Positions 12,911-27,054 of a DNA stretch of 61,479 nucleotides are shown here, piece by piece. The notes beneath the pieces are model-generated. The model did no database searches. It was not told the DNA's origin and saw only the letters and a list, made by a program, of their open reading frames with translations. A program made the translations under genes and the position numbers. Source of the stretch: Hydrolagus affinis (lineage: Eukaryota). The DNA lies in the NCBI GenBank assembly GCA_012026655.1, contig JAAILG010001808.1, positions 1 through 61,479 of the forward strand. The letters run 5' to 3'. Numbering within the stretch: the first letter of the stretch is position 1; the number at the start of each line of letters is the position of its first letter.

Positions 12911-14634
12911 GAGGAGATGTGGCAGTGTCTGCAAGGCGGCATAAACAAAAGGGCTGGTTGAGCTTGTGTAAGCTTCAAATAAATGTTTCCTAGTTTCTCC
13001 AGAGGATCCTTGTACATTATAGAATATTGATTAGACTAAAAGGCTTGGTTAGTTTTGGTTGTGTTTACATGTTTGTGAAAAAAAAACAAGGCTTTTCACA
13101 CAGTGCAGGCTTCACTCGCTGAAAGTAGCCCTTTCAAAGTTGTTTGAATAAAGGGCAAATCCGGGAGAGGAGTGGCCAGATAAAACATAGAATCAAAGAA
13201 ATCTTACTTCATCTCGCTGCTTTGCAGACATTTGCAAACGATATTGTTATTGACAGTTTGACATCTTTTCCAGCTGTTTGAAGGGACTGGTCAGTCAGAT
13301 GTCTCAGTGGGACATCGCACTGCATGCTGGGACGTGTCTTGGCTTTGTCCATCCTCCCACTCACTGAACCAGTGTGTTTTTGGAGGGGGTGGAATCCTGT
13401 CAGGAAAGTGCTCTCTGGCAGGTCCCCCACTGGCCCGAGCCACCAGAGTCTCGGGTCTGAGCTGAACAGATTGGATCTTCATTGTACGAACCTTTCCAGA
13501 TGGCACCGTCTGTTATTTTATTCACTTTACCGAAATGTGAGCTTGTAGTTTTAAATTTTCCTTTTCTTTTAGCAAGCGCACTGCCACTTTTGTTTTCCTC
13601 AGAAAAGTTACTGCTGGCGTACAGTATTCCCTTACTGAAAAATCCTATAGGATTCTGCAAACTGTCATATGGCATCCTCGTAAATCCTATAGAACACAGC
13701 ATCAATCTTTAGAGCATTTATAATTTGTTCTGTAAAGCATTATTGATTTTCTTGTCCGAGAAAGTTGTATAGAAGTACTTATAAGTACTTTTAAATCTTT
13801 TAAATAAAGAAAAAAGAATATGAGGTTCATACATTGAAGATCCATGGTTTATTTCTGATTATACTTTTGCTATGAAATAACCGAAATACTTTTATGGCAT
13901 CCACAATTTACTACGCAAAGCCTAAAAGTACTATTTGTAATTTCTGTTTGCTTTCATGTGCATAACAGCAAGCTGAAGCTCTCTTAATGTTGTACTGTCC
14001 TAGTGTTTTCTCATGGCAGGAACAATCTGCGCCATACATGTCAAACAAAGTGACAAATGAAACAACCATTTATTCTTCTAATTGGTGGCTGTTGTTAAAA
14101 TGTACCAGAAATAGCTTTTCTACTTGTGCACTCCACCATTATGTTTGCCACTCCTAAGGCTGTTATGTGGCATTTGGATTGGGATGTGCAGTTATTGGCT
14201 CTAAAGCAATGAAATGATAGATGAGATGTTACGTTTAAAATATATATCTATAAAAAAAACAAAATGACAGCTTGCGCTGTGCACAATCCCTTTACCTGAT
14301 ACAGCTTCATACCACAGAGCAGTCAGTGTTCAGTTACCAACAATGGCCTATGGTCAGATTGAAGGGACGCTTTTGAAAATATAACAAGAAAGCTATGAGG
14401 ACAAAGGCTGACAGTGAAGACATCACGCTGTATGTTCATTCGCTTCCACTGGACTAATGTAAAAATACCTTTCAAAGCATTCAATTCATTTGCTTAATTT
14501 CTTTTTTTATAAAATTCACGAGAATTGTTTCGTTTTCCAACACTGAACTCTCCACCACCCCCACCCCCCGGTAAAGGTGTAAATGTCTCTCCTATCTTTC
14601 CTCCTCACTGGTTGAGTGTGAGTGCAGCTCTATT

Positions 14635-14663
14635 TGTGTGTGTGTGTGTGTGTGTATGTGTGT
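14635..14663. repeat. (TG)n microsatellite
   Basis: Directly visible. Confidence 0.9.
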
Positions 14664-17614
14664 CACACTCTCATTGATTGTAGCCCCATTGAATCTGGCC
14701 TCTGCTAGCTCCCTTCTCATGACAGTGTGGCTGAGATTAGGAGATCAGCGCAGAGAAAGTGAACCCGTAAAATATGAACTGCACTCCAGTACGGATAACC
14801 TTCCCGCAAGTTTTCAGCCAGCTCAGGGAGCTGAGTGCCCCTTTTTCCTTGCACCATATCAACATATTCAGACTGATTCTTTAATAAAATTTTTGATTAA
14901 TATTCTTGTATACAGCGTAAGACTGACACAGCAGGGTTGTGAGGACTAGATAAATGGATATATGAGAATACAGTACTCATATTCATAAAATCAGCCTATA
15001 CAAACATAATATATAGAGTGACACAGGTGGGAAGGCGAGGTGGAAAGTGAAGAGATAAACCCTCTATCCACGAGGGATTCAGTTAGAAGGCACGATAGCA
15101 GGGAAAGGATAAAATATTTTGCCCGCCCTGGGATCTGTTGCGTCTCTTGGGTATTTCAAAAGAGGCCCCAAACTGTGTTGAATTTTTATGCCTCCTTATA
15201 TTTTTAGAGCTAATATTTTGTAAATTATTTTGCGCCATATTAAGAAGCAGTCAAAGTATGGAATGACACATTATTCATTATTAATGGTAACCTTTGACTA
15301 ACTTTAAAAAAAAGAATCTATGTCAATGCTGTAACCTTATCACATTTGGAAAATGCAACAGCACTGTCACCGGGAACCTCAGAAGCATAAAGAATCTGAA
15401 ATGTAATCCGTTTTCAGGGCAGCTCCATGTGCTGTATAAACCTGGTGAAACAAGTTGACATCAGTATCATGCATTTGAAAGCTTATACAGCATGTGTCCT
15501 TTGTTTCTCGTGGGCCAAAACAAGCAATCTGACTTGAAACGAGATGAAACTTCTATAGTCTTTTGTGATTTTCAGCTCCACTTCCTTGACTAGTATACTG
15601 AATTATTTATCACCAGTGTTCCAGTGTACCTGCATCAGATCCATTCTAATATTGGTCATTTATTTCATGTTATTACAGTATATGCAAAATTGGGGTTATT
15701 ATATGCCAACTTGGGCGGCAGGGGGAGAGAGGAATGGAGAGCTTAAATTGTACAAGATTTGTAGTCTAATTTGGAGTGTAATTTGTATGGGAATATTCAA
15801 ATTCATTTACCTTTACTTTATTCAGGTATTGTATTTATGCATGTCCCTTGTACTGTTTACACATATAATGTGTCAGCTCTTGCAGAATGCGCCGAGTGGC
15901 TTTTTGTGATACCTCAAGCCAAGAACCTCACCCGTGCCTCCTCTTAGCTGAAACAATTGTCAGATTGTCACACATTTCATTTTCATGAATTCTATTTAGG
16001 CTTGCTCTCGAGAACAGGTAATCTGGAATTTCACTTGCCTAATTTTCATGGCATATGGCAAGTTGCACAAAGGATTCACGGTAAAGGACAAGTGAACCAC
16101 GAGAGATTTATGATAGAAGAAATGCAAAAGGACTGGCCATTTATAAAAGCGTCATTTTTAAAAATTATTATTAGATGAGCACAGACATATCCATCAGACA
16201 AGGAAATGCACGGTTAAAATTGACAAAATTATATTTGCACTTTTATTCTCCCAAATAACTTTGAATCACATTAGATTTGAAATATATTTCAACAGTTGTG
16301 TGGCAGTCTTATCGTCAGGAGTTTCATTTGAAAGAAAACCCAATATGATTACCTAGGCAATAGCCTTGAATTATTTTGATTCCCTAATTGTGAACGGTTT
16401 AAGATAAACAAAAGCTGTCATGGTTTGCGTTTTTTTGAGTCACATTGAATATTTCCAATCTAAAATATTTTCTTGATACAATATCAGACAGGTCAGGTAG
16501 TTGGTTTAGCTACTTAAGTGCGCTGACATGCAACACCCTGCTGTTTACGCTGTAAACTGGAGTACTTAGCTGAGATTTTCTGTTAAGAAAGAGGGTGACT
16601 TGCATCCTGAATGAACATGAGGTCACTCATTGTGAAAAAAAAACTAAATCGCACACAGTGACCAATGTTCTTATTAAATTAATTTCCCAAGACCAACAGA
16701 ATGCCAAAGTAGCTGAGAATATAATTTCCTTGATTTTGACATGTTTAATTTGATATCATTAAAGTCTACCCCTTGTTACTGATTACCGGATCTTGTTACA
16801 GATCTCATTAAAATGAGCCAAATCAGGACACTGGCACGGCGCATTGTTGCTGCAGCATCACTTTCCCCACGTAGGTCAGTGCCTTCTGCCTTGCAATTCC
16901 CAGATGGAACATTCTTGGCTGTATTGTCAATGAGAGGAGCTGAGTATTTTATCACGGGGGGAGGTGGAGGGGGCTAGATGATGGGGTTGGGGGTGGGGAG
17001 TGGGGTGGGGAGAAAAGAAATATCAGTGGATAAGTTGCTTTGGGTCACTTCTGTGCAATTCTCAACAGCCAGTTACAAAATGACATTGGCAGAAACTCAG
17101 AAGCAGCTGCCCACCTGTCGCCTGAGCAAGTGAATGGTCCTGGTCATGATGGTGGAGGTGGGGGGGCAACAGACACAGAAAGGAAGGGGAAGAAATGTTC
17201 TAAAAACAAGTGGAGGAAGTAAAAATTAGGTCAGATAAATTGATTACAAATCTTTTACATTACAACCATTTAATGTATTAGACAGATACAGTACATGGAT
17301 GAGAAAAGCTGCATTTAAAAAAATGTTGAATAACAGGTGGCCCTGTTGGTGACTGCGCTTGCCTACAGGATCCGTAAACAGCAAAGCTGAGTTAAAATCC
17401 CATTCTTGATTGACATTCAGCCTTGAATTTCCTTTAGGGATCAGGTTACTGGCTTCAGCTGCATGATCAGGTGATGGAGTCAAGTCCACCTAGGAGAGGG
17501 AGACTTCCTTATACCATCGTTCAAGGCCAGACCTGCACAGGAGTGACATCTGTTGATGTACCTGTGGGTGGATTATCCTGTTCTGCCAGTCCAGATGTGA
17601 AGTATAGAACTTTT

Positions 17615-17780
17615 TATTTTTAAAATTATATAAGTAGACATTTATTTGGGGAGGATGGGTTTGCGAGGTTATGGGGAGAGAGCTGGGGAGTGGGATTAAA
17701 TTGCTCTTTCTAAAGAGCTGGCACAGACTCGATGGGTTGAATGGCCTCCTTTTGTGCTGTAAGATTCTATGAATCTATGA
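17615..17780 (+). mobile_element. CR1 LINE 3' end
   Basis: gatgggttgaatggcctcct...ctgtaag followed by the CR1 octamer tail attctatg aatctatg. Confidence 0.85.
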
Positions 17781-17904
17781 AATAGTTCCTCACTATATTG
17801 TCTTCTAAATTGTTTTCCAAAAAAAAAATCACCTACCCCCCAAAAAAAAATAACTGTGGGACAGCAGCTCTTTGCAATTTGAGCATTTTGAACAGTTTGA
17901 CTGA

Positions 17905-18046
17905 ACAATTGGAAGAGTGTAAAATAATTTAGGATAAGATCAGGGAATTGGAAGTATAGTAGTTGTTCCATTGGAGGAATTAAACTCATTACCCTGGGTT
18001 TGATGGGCTGAATGGCCTCCTTCTATACCTGAATTTCTATGTTATG
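17905..18046 (+). mobile_element. CR1 LINE 3' end, older copy
   Basis: gatgggctgaatggcctccttct...tttctatgttatg. Confidence 0.7.
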
Positions 18047-21000
18047 TCAAGGCATGTCAAGGTTATGTCAAGGCAGATAAATGGACAATTTGAAAACCCT
18101 ATTTATTATTCACTGAAACAGTGCGCTCCGTATGCTTTTCAAGAGTTATGTAAATCCTAAACCAAACTAAATCCTGCCAAATAAAATATTATGGGTCCCT
18201 GAAGAGGACATGCATTGTCCAATTATTAAGTCAAACAATTTTTGGAAACAGGATGATATATGTACCCACTAGAGGCTAAGTCCCTGCCATTAGCTAGGCC
18301 ATATCAGCACATGGTTCACAAGTTATCAGGTTTTCCTTTTTTAAAACAGTAACAGTCTCTACCAGCTTTATTAAGAATATTCCTACTCTGAAAATGATTT
18401 TTCTAAACTCAAGCTAGACTGCACAATTGCTATATTTTTACTTTCTTAAAACCAATTTGATGCCCACATCAAATCACCCTGATTATCAAACGGGCTTTGC
18501 AAGGATCCCTGCCCCTGTTTGCTTTTTGATATAAAAGTGCATTTCTATTTGTTTTGGTCACAAATTAATCAATATAGAGCGCAAGAGAGATCTTTGAATA
18601 ATAAGACTCCATTGAAAATCATGCAGGAAAGCAGATCAGCAAAGTTAATTCAACCTCAGAGAGGGGGAAGGTTTTTGTGCTCATTATCATTTACTATAGG
18701 ATTTCCAAGTTAGTTACCATGGAAAAACAAAATAACATAAAACAAAATCCACAGAAGTTTATAGATTTTACTGAAATTCATGATTCATTAATAAATTAAA
18801 AACAGATGTGATTTAAAATCCATCCCTCCATGTTTTAGTTGAATACAGACTATGTACAGTAATTATTAGAAATTCTATCTACACACAAATATCCTAGTGA
18901 ACTTAGTTTACCTTGTCACAATTTATTTTTTAAAAAGACAGTAATGAAATAATAAATAGAATGTTTACTCTATTAAATCCTTCCTTTGGGAATTTTAATA
19001 GAGAATGTTTTCCAAACTACCAACTCTGCAAAAACATTATACAAAGTCACTTTTTTTTATATGAAAAAAGGAAACTGTGTCAAGCAAATGGATTAGTATT
19101 TTTACTGTGGATTTCAAAGCGACTGCAATTGATGCTATTTAATTGAATGCCTGATACATGATTATAATTGGTAACTGGAGAAACTGAACAAAACAAAACC
19201 AGTTGCTATTTATGCTAATTGCATTCATTTATGTTAACTGACTTTTTGCGAATATCCGTTTTCTTTTTGATTGCACAATTTACATCACAAATGATACACT
19301 TTCTATATCCTGGTCTCTTTGGCTGATGTGATTTTTTTTTCTTTTCCACTATGATATACCAAATTACCGTTAAACGCTTAACATCAAATGAGTTTTATTT
19401 TATGAAAACCTTTCTTTCATTCCATTTAAACACAAGGAAGGCATTTGCCATCAACAATACAGGATAAATCTTCGAGGATTGTACTCAGTGCTTCTCTGAG
19501 CACCCTGGACCAAATAACAAGGGAGGGGAAGTGAAAATGATCCTTTTGAAATGTACTCGAGATCACAAAAGATTGGTTGAAAATTTCTGTTTGTTATTTG
19601 GAAAATAACAAAATTAACAAAATTATGTGTGTCGATGGTGGAGGGAAGGGTTTGTGGATGGGGGGTTGTGTGCAGAAGGTGGGTGTGGTGCCACCAGTGA
19701 TTGCTTTTGTCAGGAAGGGAAATAGGGCAAGTGAACTAAATGAGACTGGCATGGTAAAATAACTTGATACACGCACACCTCCAAGCACAACATTCTAAGT
19801 AGATCCCAGGTTTTGTAAAAGACCACTTGGCCAATAATGAAATCAATACATTCCTACAGATGGAAATCAGGAAGTTTGAAGTTAGAGTAAACTATAGGCT
19901 AAGAAACAAAATAACATTAGAATGGTATTACTTTGATAAAATAATACAGGATTCTAAGGAGAGTACACCAGCTTGTGTAGCTTGTTACCCGATGCCCCAT
20001 TTCAATTACTGCAGCTACTCATTGCACTTAAATAGTTGAACAAAGGAGGATGTGGAAAAGATCTTTGCACACTGATCATAAGTAGTGGTGTGAGGAATCA
20101 GACTGATCCATGTATTCTAGTCACAAGTTTCTTAAGAGGAACAGTGAAGGACAAGCTAAAATGACAAAAGGTGCTGGTGTAATGTAAGGCTTCCTTCAGT
20201 CTGTTTTTGCCATCTTTAAGCCCAAAAATGTGTGCTTCCTCCATTAAGCCAAAATAGTTCCTGTGCTACCTACAATAGTGCAAGATCAACCTCTCTACGT
20301 GATTTTATAAGGCCTCTTGTGGCAGGAAAGTACACATGATTGATTGGTCCAGTGCAATGTTTTGATTTATTACTTAATGCAAATCCCAGTTTAAGGAATA
20401 TTACTGGAAATTCAATTTTAAAAACAATACTTGTCGGCAACTTATTTTCTGAACAAGAATTATCTGAGTTATTATAATTGTTTTTCTGGTTTTTAATTGT
20501 GTACAATCTAGTATCTCAACAGTATCTACTTGTGAAGATGCTTTTTTTTCCCCAAGTCCAATATGGAGCAATATCGACTTACTGCAGTAGTTAGGTGTGA
20601 ATAATGAATAGGGAATTCAGCGGAAGTATCTGGGAATGGGATAAAAAAAAACTCGCTGTCCAGACGGCAGAGAGATAGCAATGTGAAGAAAACAGATTGA
20701 TTCAGTTCAAGTGTATCATTTACCTCCTTCCCACAGAAGGATCACTGAAGCTTTTGTGGGGCAGATACAACAGCAGTTGGGTCACAACCAGCATTTCAAC
20801 AGGACTGGGCAGAAGGCACGGGATTCCCTGCTTCTCTGACTTCTGGGGTTTCTTTTCATGCACATGGTGTGATGACAGATAAAGACATGTGCAAAATCAG
20901 TTCTTGAGGAGGGCAGCAGTAGCAGAGATAAAGTTTAACCTTTTGAGTACCGAATGACTTAACCACTCACACAATCGCATGCCTGTAGATATCAATTCTA

Positions 21001-21361
21001 AGGGGCTACTTATTTTCCAAATCCACAACAGATTGTACCGGTTTCTGCTTTAAATCAACTCTAGTAGTTATGCCTGAACAGGGACACATTATCCCTTTCT
21101 CTCTGATCTAATTGTTAATTTCAGGTCAATTTCATAAGTTCAGAATCAGAACCAATCAGGGATCTCCATGTATTTGGGCTGATTTAGCAACAGGGTTGTC
21201 AGTAGGCGGACTATTTTAATAAAATCTAAACAGCTTTTGAAGGAAATATGATCGGGATGAAATCATTTCACAGATTCAGACAGGATACAATGCTTTTTAA
21301 CCCTTTGTAGAACACATTGGGCCATTTTTGATTGTTAGTGTTTGAATTACCTTACAATGTA

Positions 21362-21674
21362 GAGTCCTGTAACTCAGTGGTTAGAGCATTCGCCTTGCAA
21401 GCAAGAGACCTGGGTTCGATTCCAGGCACAGCGAAACCCCGAACAAGTTTCCTTACTCCACACACCTAATAATAATCCCTCGAAGAAACCCCAGTAATAA
21501 ATTGGTAATTTTCAATTGACAGCTGTTTGTGGCACACTGCTGTGCGCAATTGGTTGCCGTGTTTTGTCCACACATATACAATCAATTCACTTTAGAGTAT
21601 ATTCTGTGAAGTGCTTGAGACATCTAGAAAATGTGAAAAGTGCTATATCAAATGCAAGGATTATTATTATTATT
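21362..21674 (+). mobile_element. Full-length tRNA-derived SINE (C. milii SINE2-type)
   Basis: A box taactcagtgg, B box ggttcgattcc, shared body, L2-like tail ending (ATT)n; colinear with four other copies in the window. Confidence 0.92.
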
Positions 21675-22002
21675 AATAAACAGGCTTATTGTAGAAACCT
21701 TATTGTAGAAAACTCCATGGATGATGATTTGGGACTGGAAATGCTGCTTGGATTGCTGAGCACATGGCTTTTGTCCTGCTTAAAAGCATGTTGTGCATTG
21801 TTTCTCCAGTGACTATAATTGATATCATTATGCTTACAATTACAATGTTAGCATATACTGCAGATTTACTACAGGATAACCAAAGTTTTATGTAAATGTA
21901 TGAATTTAAAAAGCTTTCTAGTGCAACATTTATGTTGTGGCACACCAATGAAATCAGTTATATTTCATAAAAATACTTAATATAATCCCACTGAAAAATA
22001 TA

Positions 22003-22086
22003 ACAATAATAATAATCCTTACATTTGATCCAGCTTCTTATCACGTCTTTGAGACATCTCAAAGCCTTCACAGAATATACTGCTAA
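22003..22086 (-). mobile_element. SINE 3' tail fragment
   Basis: aataataatccttacatttgat...ttcacagaatatactg is the reverse complement of the SINE tail. Confidence 0.8.
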
Positions 22087-22743
22087 ATATGTTAGCAGAA
22101 TTGTGGCTATTCAATGAGAACTAATGATCTCTCACCCACTTTACAAAGCAAACTTTCAAAACAATGTTTTCCTCACAGAAGTCTTGCATATAAGAGACTT
22201 CTCGCACATTGGCATGTGACGGCCAGCTCCGAAAAGAGGACTGGACCACTGACGTTATTCACGATCTGCGGGGAATACAATGGTTTGGCACAGAGTTTGG
22301 CACAATTTGTATTGTTGCAGGCATTTTGGGAACTCAATTTATTTTTTGAAGTATGTATTATGTACTAGCTGAGATCTGCTGTTGGTCAACAGAGAATACA
22401 GTAAATCTCAGCCAGTAAGTACAAAGCTACAGAGAGGAATGTCAGCTCCGACAAAATCTATCGAGACAAAACCACTGAATTGGCAGTCACCCACCGGTGG
22501 CTGAGATGTCATTAAATAGGAGATCCTGTCTTAAGAGACTGATTTTTAAAGTTAGATTTATACGAATTGCAAGTGGGAAATAGTTCATATTTATGCTACA
22601 TTCTTTTTCCTTTAGGTCGATTCATATGCACTTCAATAAAGATCCTTAATAGATATCAGAGACAATACATTTTACACAGGTCTGTCTGGCCTGGAATAAA
22701 CCATCCAGGCCTGAGGTGATATGGTAGAATACTAAATAATACT

Positions 22744-22852
22744 AATAATAATCCTTGCATTTGATATAGCACTTTTCACATCTTATCAACGTCTCAAAGC
22801 GCTTCACAGAATATACTGTAAAGTGAATTGACTGTATATTTGTGGGTGAAAC
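22744..22852 (-). mobile_element. SINE 3' fragment
   Basis: Near-exact reverse complement of the 3' ~110 bp of the copies at 44265 and 55533. Confidence 0.9.
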
Positions 22853-22962
22853 ATTATCAATCAGCCTTTACAATTTAAATAATTATGCTAAAAACAAGGT
22901 AGGAGTAAATTACCATCTGCATACATGATCTGCATTCATGCTGCTTGAACTAGAGTCACTCT

Positions 22963-23028
22963 AATTGATGTAGTGAGACAGCCTCCTGACATAAAATGAG
23001 CTATATAAGTGTAAATTGCATTGAATGT
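22963..23028 (+). mobile_element. Short L2-type tail insertion flanked by a 9-bp direct repeat
   Basis: gagacagcctcctgacataaaatgagctatataagtgtaaattg lies between agtcactct copies at 22954-22962 and 23029-23037. Confidence 0.5.
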
Positions 23029-23768
23029 AGTCACTCTGCATGAACTGGAGTCACTCCAGAAGACCATAGTTCACTTTGGGTGAGAAATTCTTCAGGTCCC
23101 TATTGTTAGCCGTCATGTTTTGGAGAATAAACCCTAAGTGGAATTTCAGGCAATCGTGCTAAAATCAGGTCTGTCTATCCAATATTCTGTTTGCTTCAAT
23201 TGGACACTAGACCAAATTCCACAGGCTGATGTCTATGTACTGTACCATGTCTAGTCTAGTCCATTGGTGGGAATTTAGCCAGCATGTGACCTAACCCAAT
23301 GATGGAAGTTGTCTAGATTTTGTCTTAAAGCTGAAGGCTACGCATTCTCTTTGAGAGATCTGTTGTCAGCATATGCCAAGAAGCCCAGCAATGCAATGTG
23401 ATCAAGCAAACAACCCAAATTTGTTGATAGCAATGAGAAGTCAAATCATATGCAAACTGTAGCTGCCTCAGACAGAAAGTTTATCAAACAGCAGAGATTA
23501 AAGCAGGCAAAAAGGAAACCTTCCTAATTAAAAGGCTAGAATCTGCCAGATGTCTCTGTGCAATCTTCTTCCCACTGCTGGCTCGTGGAGGAGTTTGCAA
23601 ATGGGAATATGGGTGCAGATCAGTGAGAGAGTTCAAACCATGGAAGTGAAAGGGGAGTGAAGAGAGAGGAGAGGGAATTGAATACAGAGATTGCAGAATA
23701 TTAATTAATTGCAATATTAACGCACATAAGTTGATTTTTTTCTGTTATTAGATAGGTGTGTACTATTG

Positions 23769-23812
23769 CAACAACAACAACAACAACAACAAAATTACAT
23801 TTATATAGCGCC
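23769..23812 (-). mobile_element. L2 extreme 3' tail, (TTG)n
   Basis: (caa)n aattacatttatatagcgcc is the reverse complement of the L2 end at 37855-37889. Confidence 0.8.
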
Positions 23813-24977
23813 ATAACTGATGCTGATATCATGTTCCATCCAAACACAAATACACTAATGCTAAAAGTTCTGCCGGAATACAGTGAGACACAAATTTAAC
23901 GTCCCTATTCCAGAAGTTGATTAGACAAGGTAATAACTCCAGGTTCCCCTCTAGGCCCTTACTTTTGTGCCAGGTCTAACTTCACACAGGAGTCTAGATT
24001 TCCCCAGGAGTTCAGAATAATGACTTTGCAATGTTTATATACAACTTCTAACCCCCTTCCTCCCCCCGTGGACTCCAAGCCTGACTGACAAATGTTAAAA
24101 AAAGAGAGATACCCATGCAGCTGATCTTAAAATTGTTATTTTTAGATGAAATCCGACAGATTTAAATAAAAATACAGTTTAAGCATTGAAACTGATTCTC
24201 TTGTGAGGACATCAACATCTGTCGAAAATCTAATAAATGTTTCATACAGGACTGTGCAGAGATTTCTGTCTTCGCTCAACTGCAAAATATGTAGCTGACT
24301 TTACCTACTGTTAATTAAGTGACAAATTGTTGTACGGCTGCAATTCGGATCCATTTCTGTAGCAACATGAAGGGTTCACGTAGGGAAAAATCATTAACAA
24401 CAGATTCCATTTCACAGCATTATTCATATCTTTACAGTTGCAATGAATGTGCCCTCGGTCACAAAATGCTACACTTGTCAACAGCTTATTAATATTAATT
24501 CTTTATTTTCATAAAAAATGCTTGCTTGTCATCTTAAAATTTATGAGAATTATTATTAAAGATTGCAATACATCTCCTCATGGGACGTGTAGTAAAAGAA
24601 TGCATTAGTTTATTGTTGCTGTAAATAGCAAAATCTTTTAAGTCGTAAGCGAACTCTTAACACGAGCATATGGCAATGCTGTGGATTGATCAGAATCAAC
24701 TCTGCCTGTAGACATTACTGTAAGTAACTGGGTTATCTTGATATACAATAATATACAATATTGACAAGCACAGGGATTCATGGCTGAGGTTAGCCTATGC
24801 AGGCGGACTGGGCCCAAGTGAAGTCCTCTAATGACTGAGTTGAACCCATGACCCACATTTCTTAACAAATACAATTAAAGGAAGTTTAAGTGTTTTCTTT
24901 CCTTTATTGATTTTTTAAACAAAATAATTAATATTCCTGGAAGAGGATCTGCTCTGATGGAGGGTCATCCCAATATA

Positions 24978-25102
24978 ATGCCTTTGTGTGTAGATAAAAA
25001 TATCTACCCTCCCCTTGATGCTTCCAATAATAATCTTGAGTTTATCCCACTTATTTCTGATTCACCAGCGGTGGAAATAGTCATTCACTATCTATCCTCT
25101 CA
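24978..25102 (-). mobile_element. CR1 ORF2 C-terminal remnant
   Basis: With frameshifts, the minus strand reads ERIDSE.LFP..., LKI...G...YTQR, resembling the CR1 DRVD..LFP...TRGH.LKI...FFTQR segment. Confidence 0.55.
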
Positions 25103-25169
25103 CCACTGATTCCCCCACCACCACTCACCCACTTCTGATGAAGGTTGTGATTTTTGCTAGGACCACTCT

Positions 25170-25308
25170 CTGATACCTTGCTCATTTCTTCATTTATTCA
25201 GTGTATACAGTGAATATCACAGGCAAAACCAATCCACTTCTCAATCAGCATCTTTACACAATCACTTTCCACAAAGAACCATTGGACCAGAAACCCTGGC
25301 TGGTTTCT
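25170..25308 (-). mobile_element. AmnSINE2-like remnant, highly degenerate
   Basis: acagtgaatatca, cactttcca and aaccctggctgg are in the order expected for the reverse strand. Confidence 0.4.
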
Positions 25309-27054
25309 TGACATCGCTGTGTAAGTATCAGGATGGGTTAAAAAATTCACACTCAAGAGCGGATGGGAGAGATTACTTTCTTTTAATGCTTATGTGCCAA
25401 TTCAAGTGGAATCCAAAAAAAGTCAAAAGGAATTTTTGTTTTCCTATTGTGCTATCTATTTGGCATGGAACATTTAAAAATAAACTCTAGTCAGCCTTCT
25501 CCTTACCTGGATATTTACGTAATGATGTCAACACACAAACCGTAGGCAGAACGTTGTTTGACCCCCATACAGTCTTTGCAGCCAGCATAAAACCACATCA
25601 TTCGGAGTCCTGAAAAACATAAATATATTGCTAGTCTAGTACTGGCGCCTGCATTTCGTTCTTGCAAATCACAATGGGGACAATGTATTTGTCCGAGGCT
25701 CATTTTCCTTAGCTCCTAACTACACATGAAATAAATAATTATAGGGTATTGTAGCTATGACTCTGTCCATAATTGAAGCATAAAACATGTTGAATTTACG
25801 AATAAACTAACATAGCTTATTGAACCATTGCTTGCCTGCATTTGATACATAAACATGCCTAAACCGTTTTACTCCCAACACAGGTGTGAATTATCCTATT
25901 AGTCTCATGAACTCATTAGCTTGTGATTTGCTCTGAACGCTGGCTTAATCCTTTAATCCTTTTTCACCTGTTTTACAACATTTCCTCCAAATACTCTCTT
26001 GTGTCTTCGTTTTTATCACCTCACTGTACATCTGGCATTTCAGAATCATCTGATTATTCTTTCATTCTGAACTAGCTGTTATCCTTAACTTTTAAATGCA
26101 TTTTCAGAGTCCAGTGTAATCAAATAACCATTTTAATAACCATTTGAATGGCAAATTATTTCTGCTATTTTGAAGCCTCTGTGGCGTATAACTGTGGTAG
26201 AGAAATGAAACCACTGCAGGCAGTCAAGCAAGTACAAGTTTCAAGATGAACTTTGCAAGCCTTTCAGTGACAGCCTCATTTACTGCTCAGCTTTCAACCA
26301 TTTTCCCCATGGTGGTACATCCTGACTGCAAGGATAGGAGCGGGGAATTTGATTGACATATCTGTGCTACACATGATTGGCTATTTGCACTGCCAGGCGC
26401 AACATTCCTATCAAAGCTTGTTTAACTCATAAAGAAGGGGAAAGTGTGCAAGGGAGACCTGCATCACTCCCAACCTTACGTCTGAACTGAAGAGGTTGGT
26501 TGGCGTTCGTGATCACATTTACTGATGAGGAGCCAAGGCAGCTATCCGAATTCGGAGTATTGCAGCCAATGAACATTTCACTTGGAGCCAATGCTGCCTT
26601 TGTAGCTCCCAGCTTTGACTAAACGTGTACAATGAACCAGGATAAAGAGCAGAGCCAAGTGGAATTTGTCCTCTTCTGGTTTTAATGTAATGGAAATTCC
26701 ATAAGATGTAGAGCATGGATGCTTCCAGGAAAAAAAAAGCAGTGTCAATGATGTTAACAACCTGTGATCAGGAAACAGATGTGGATAGGTTGTTTTCTGC
26801 ACATATATTGGATTGTAATATTTACAGCCCTTAATGGACCTCACAATGCCATTGTGTAGGTTTTAACAATGCTCGGACTGGATTGTTGGTCTAACCTTCA
26901 ATAGCAACAGATCATATGTAGATCAGCCCTTATATCCCTTGGTAACACCTCATCAAAGGTGTTTTTCATCCAGTGATATTATTGAAATGAAATTGAAACC
27001 GTAGTTTAAGATTGGGCTCTATTTAGATGGTAAAATGGACACTTACTGTACTAA

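Noticed and set aside
25135-25165. Additional hammerhead (ctgatgaagg)
   Set aside because: No stem II or GAAA follows
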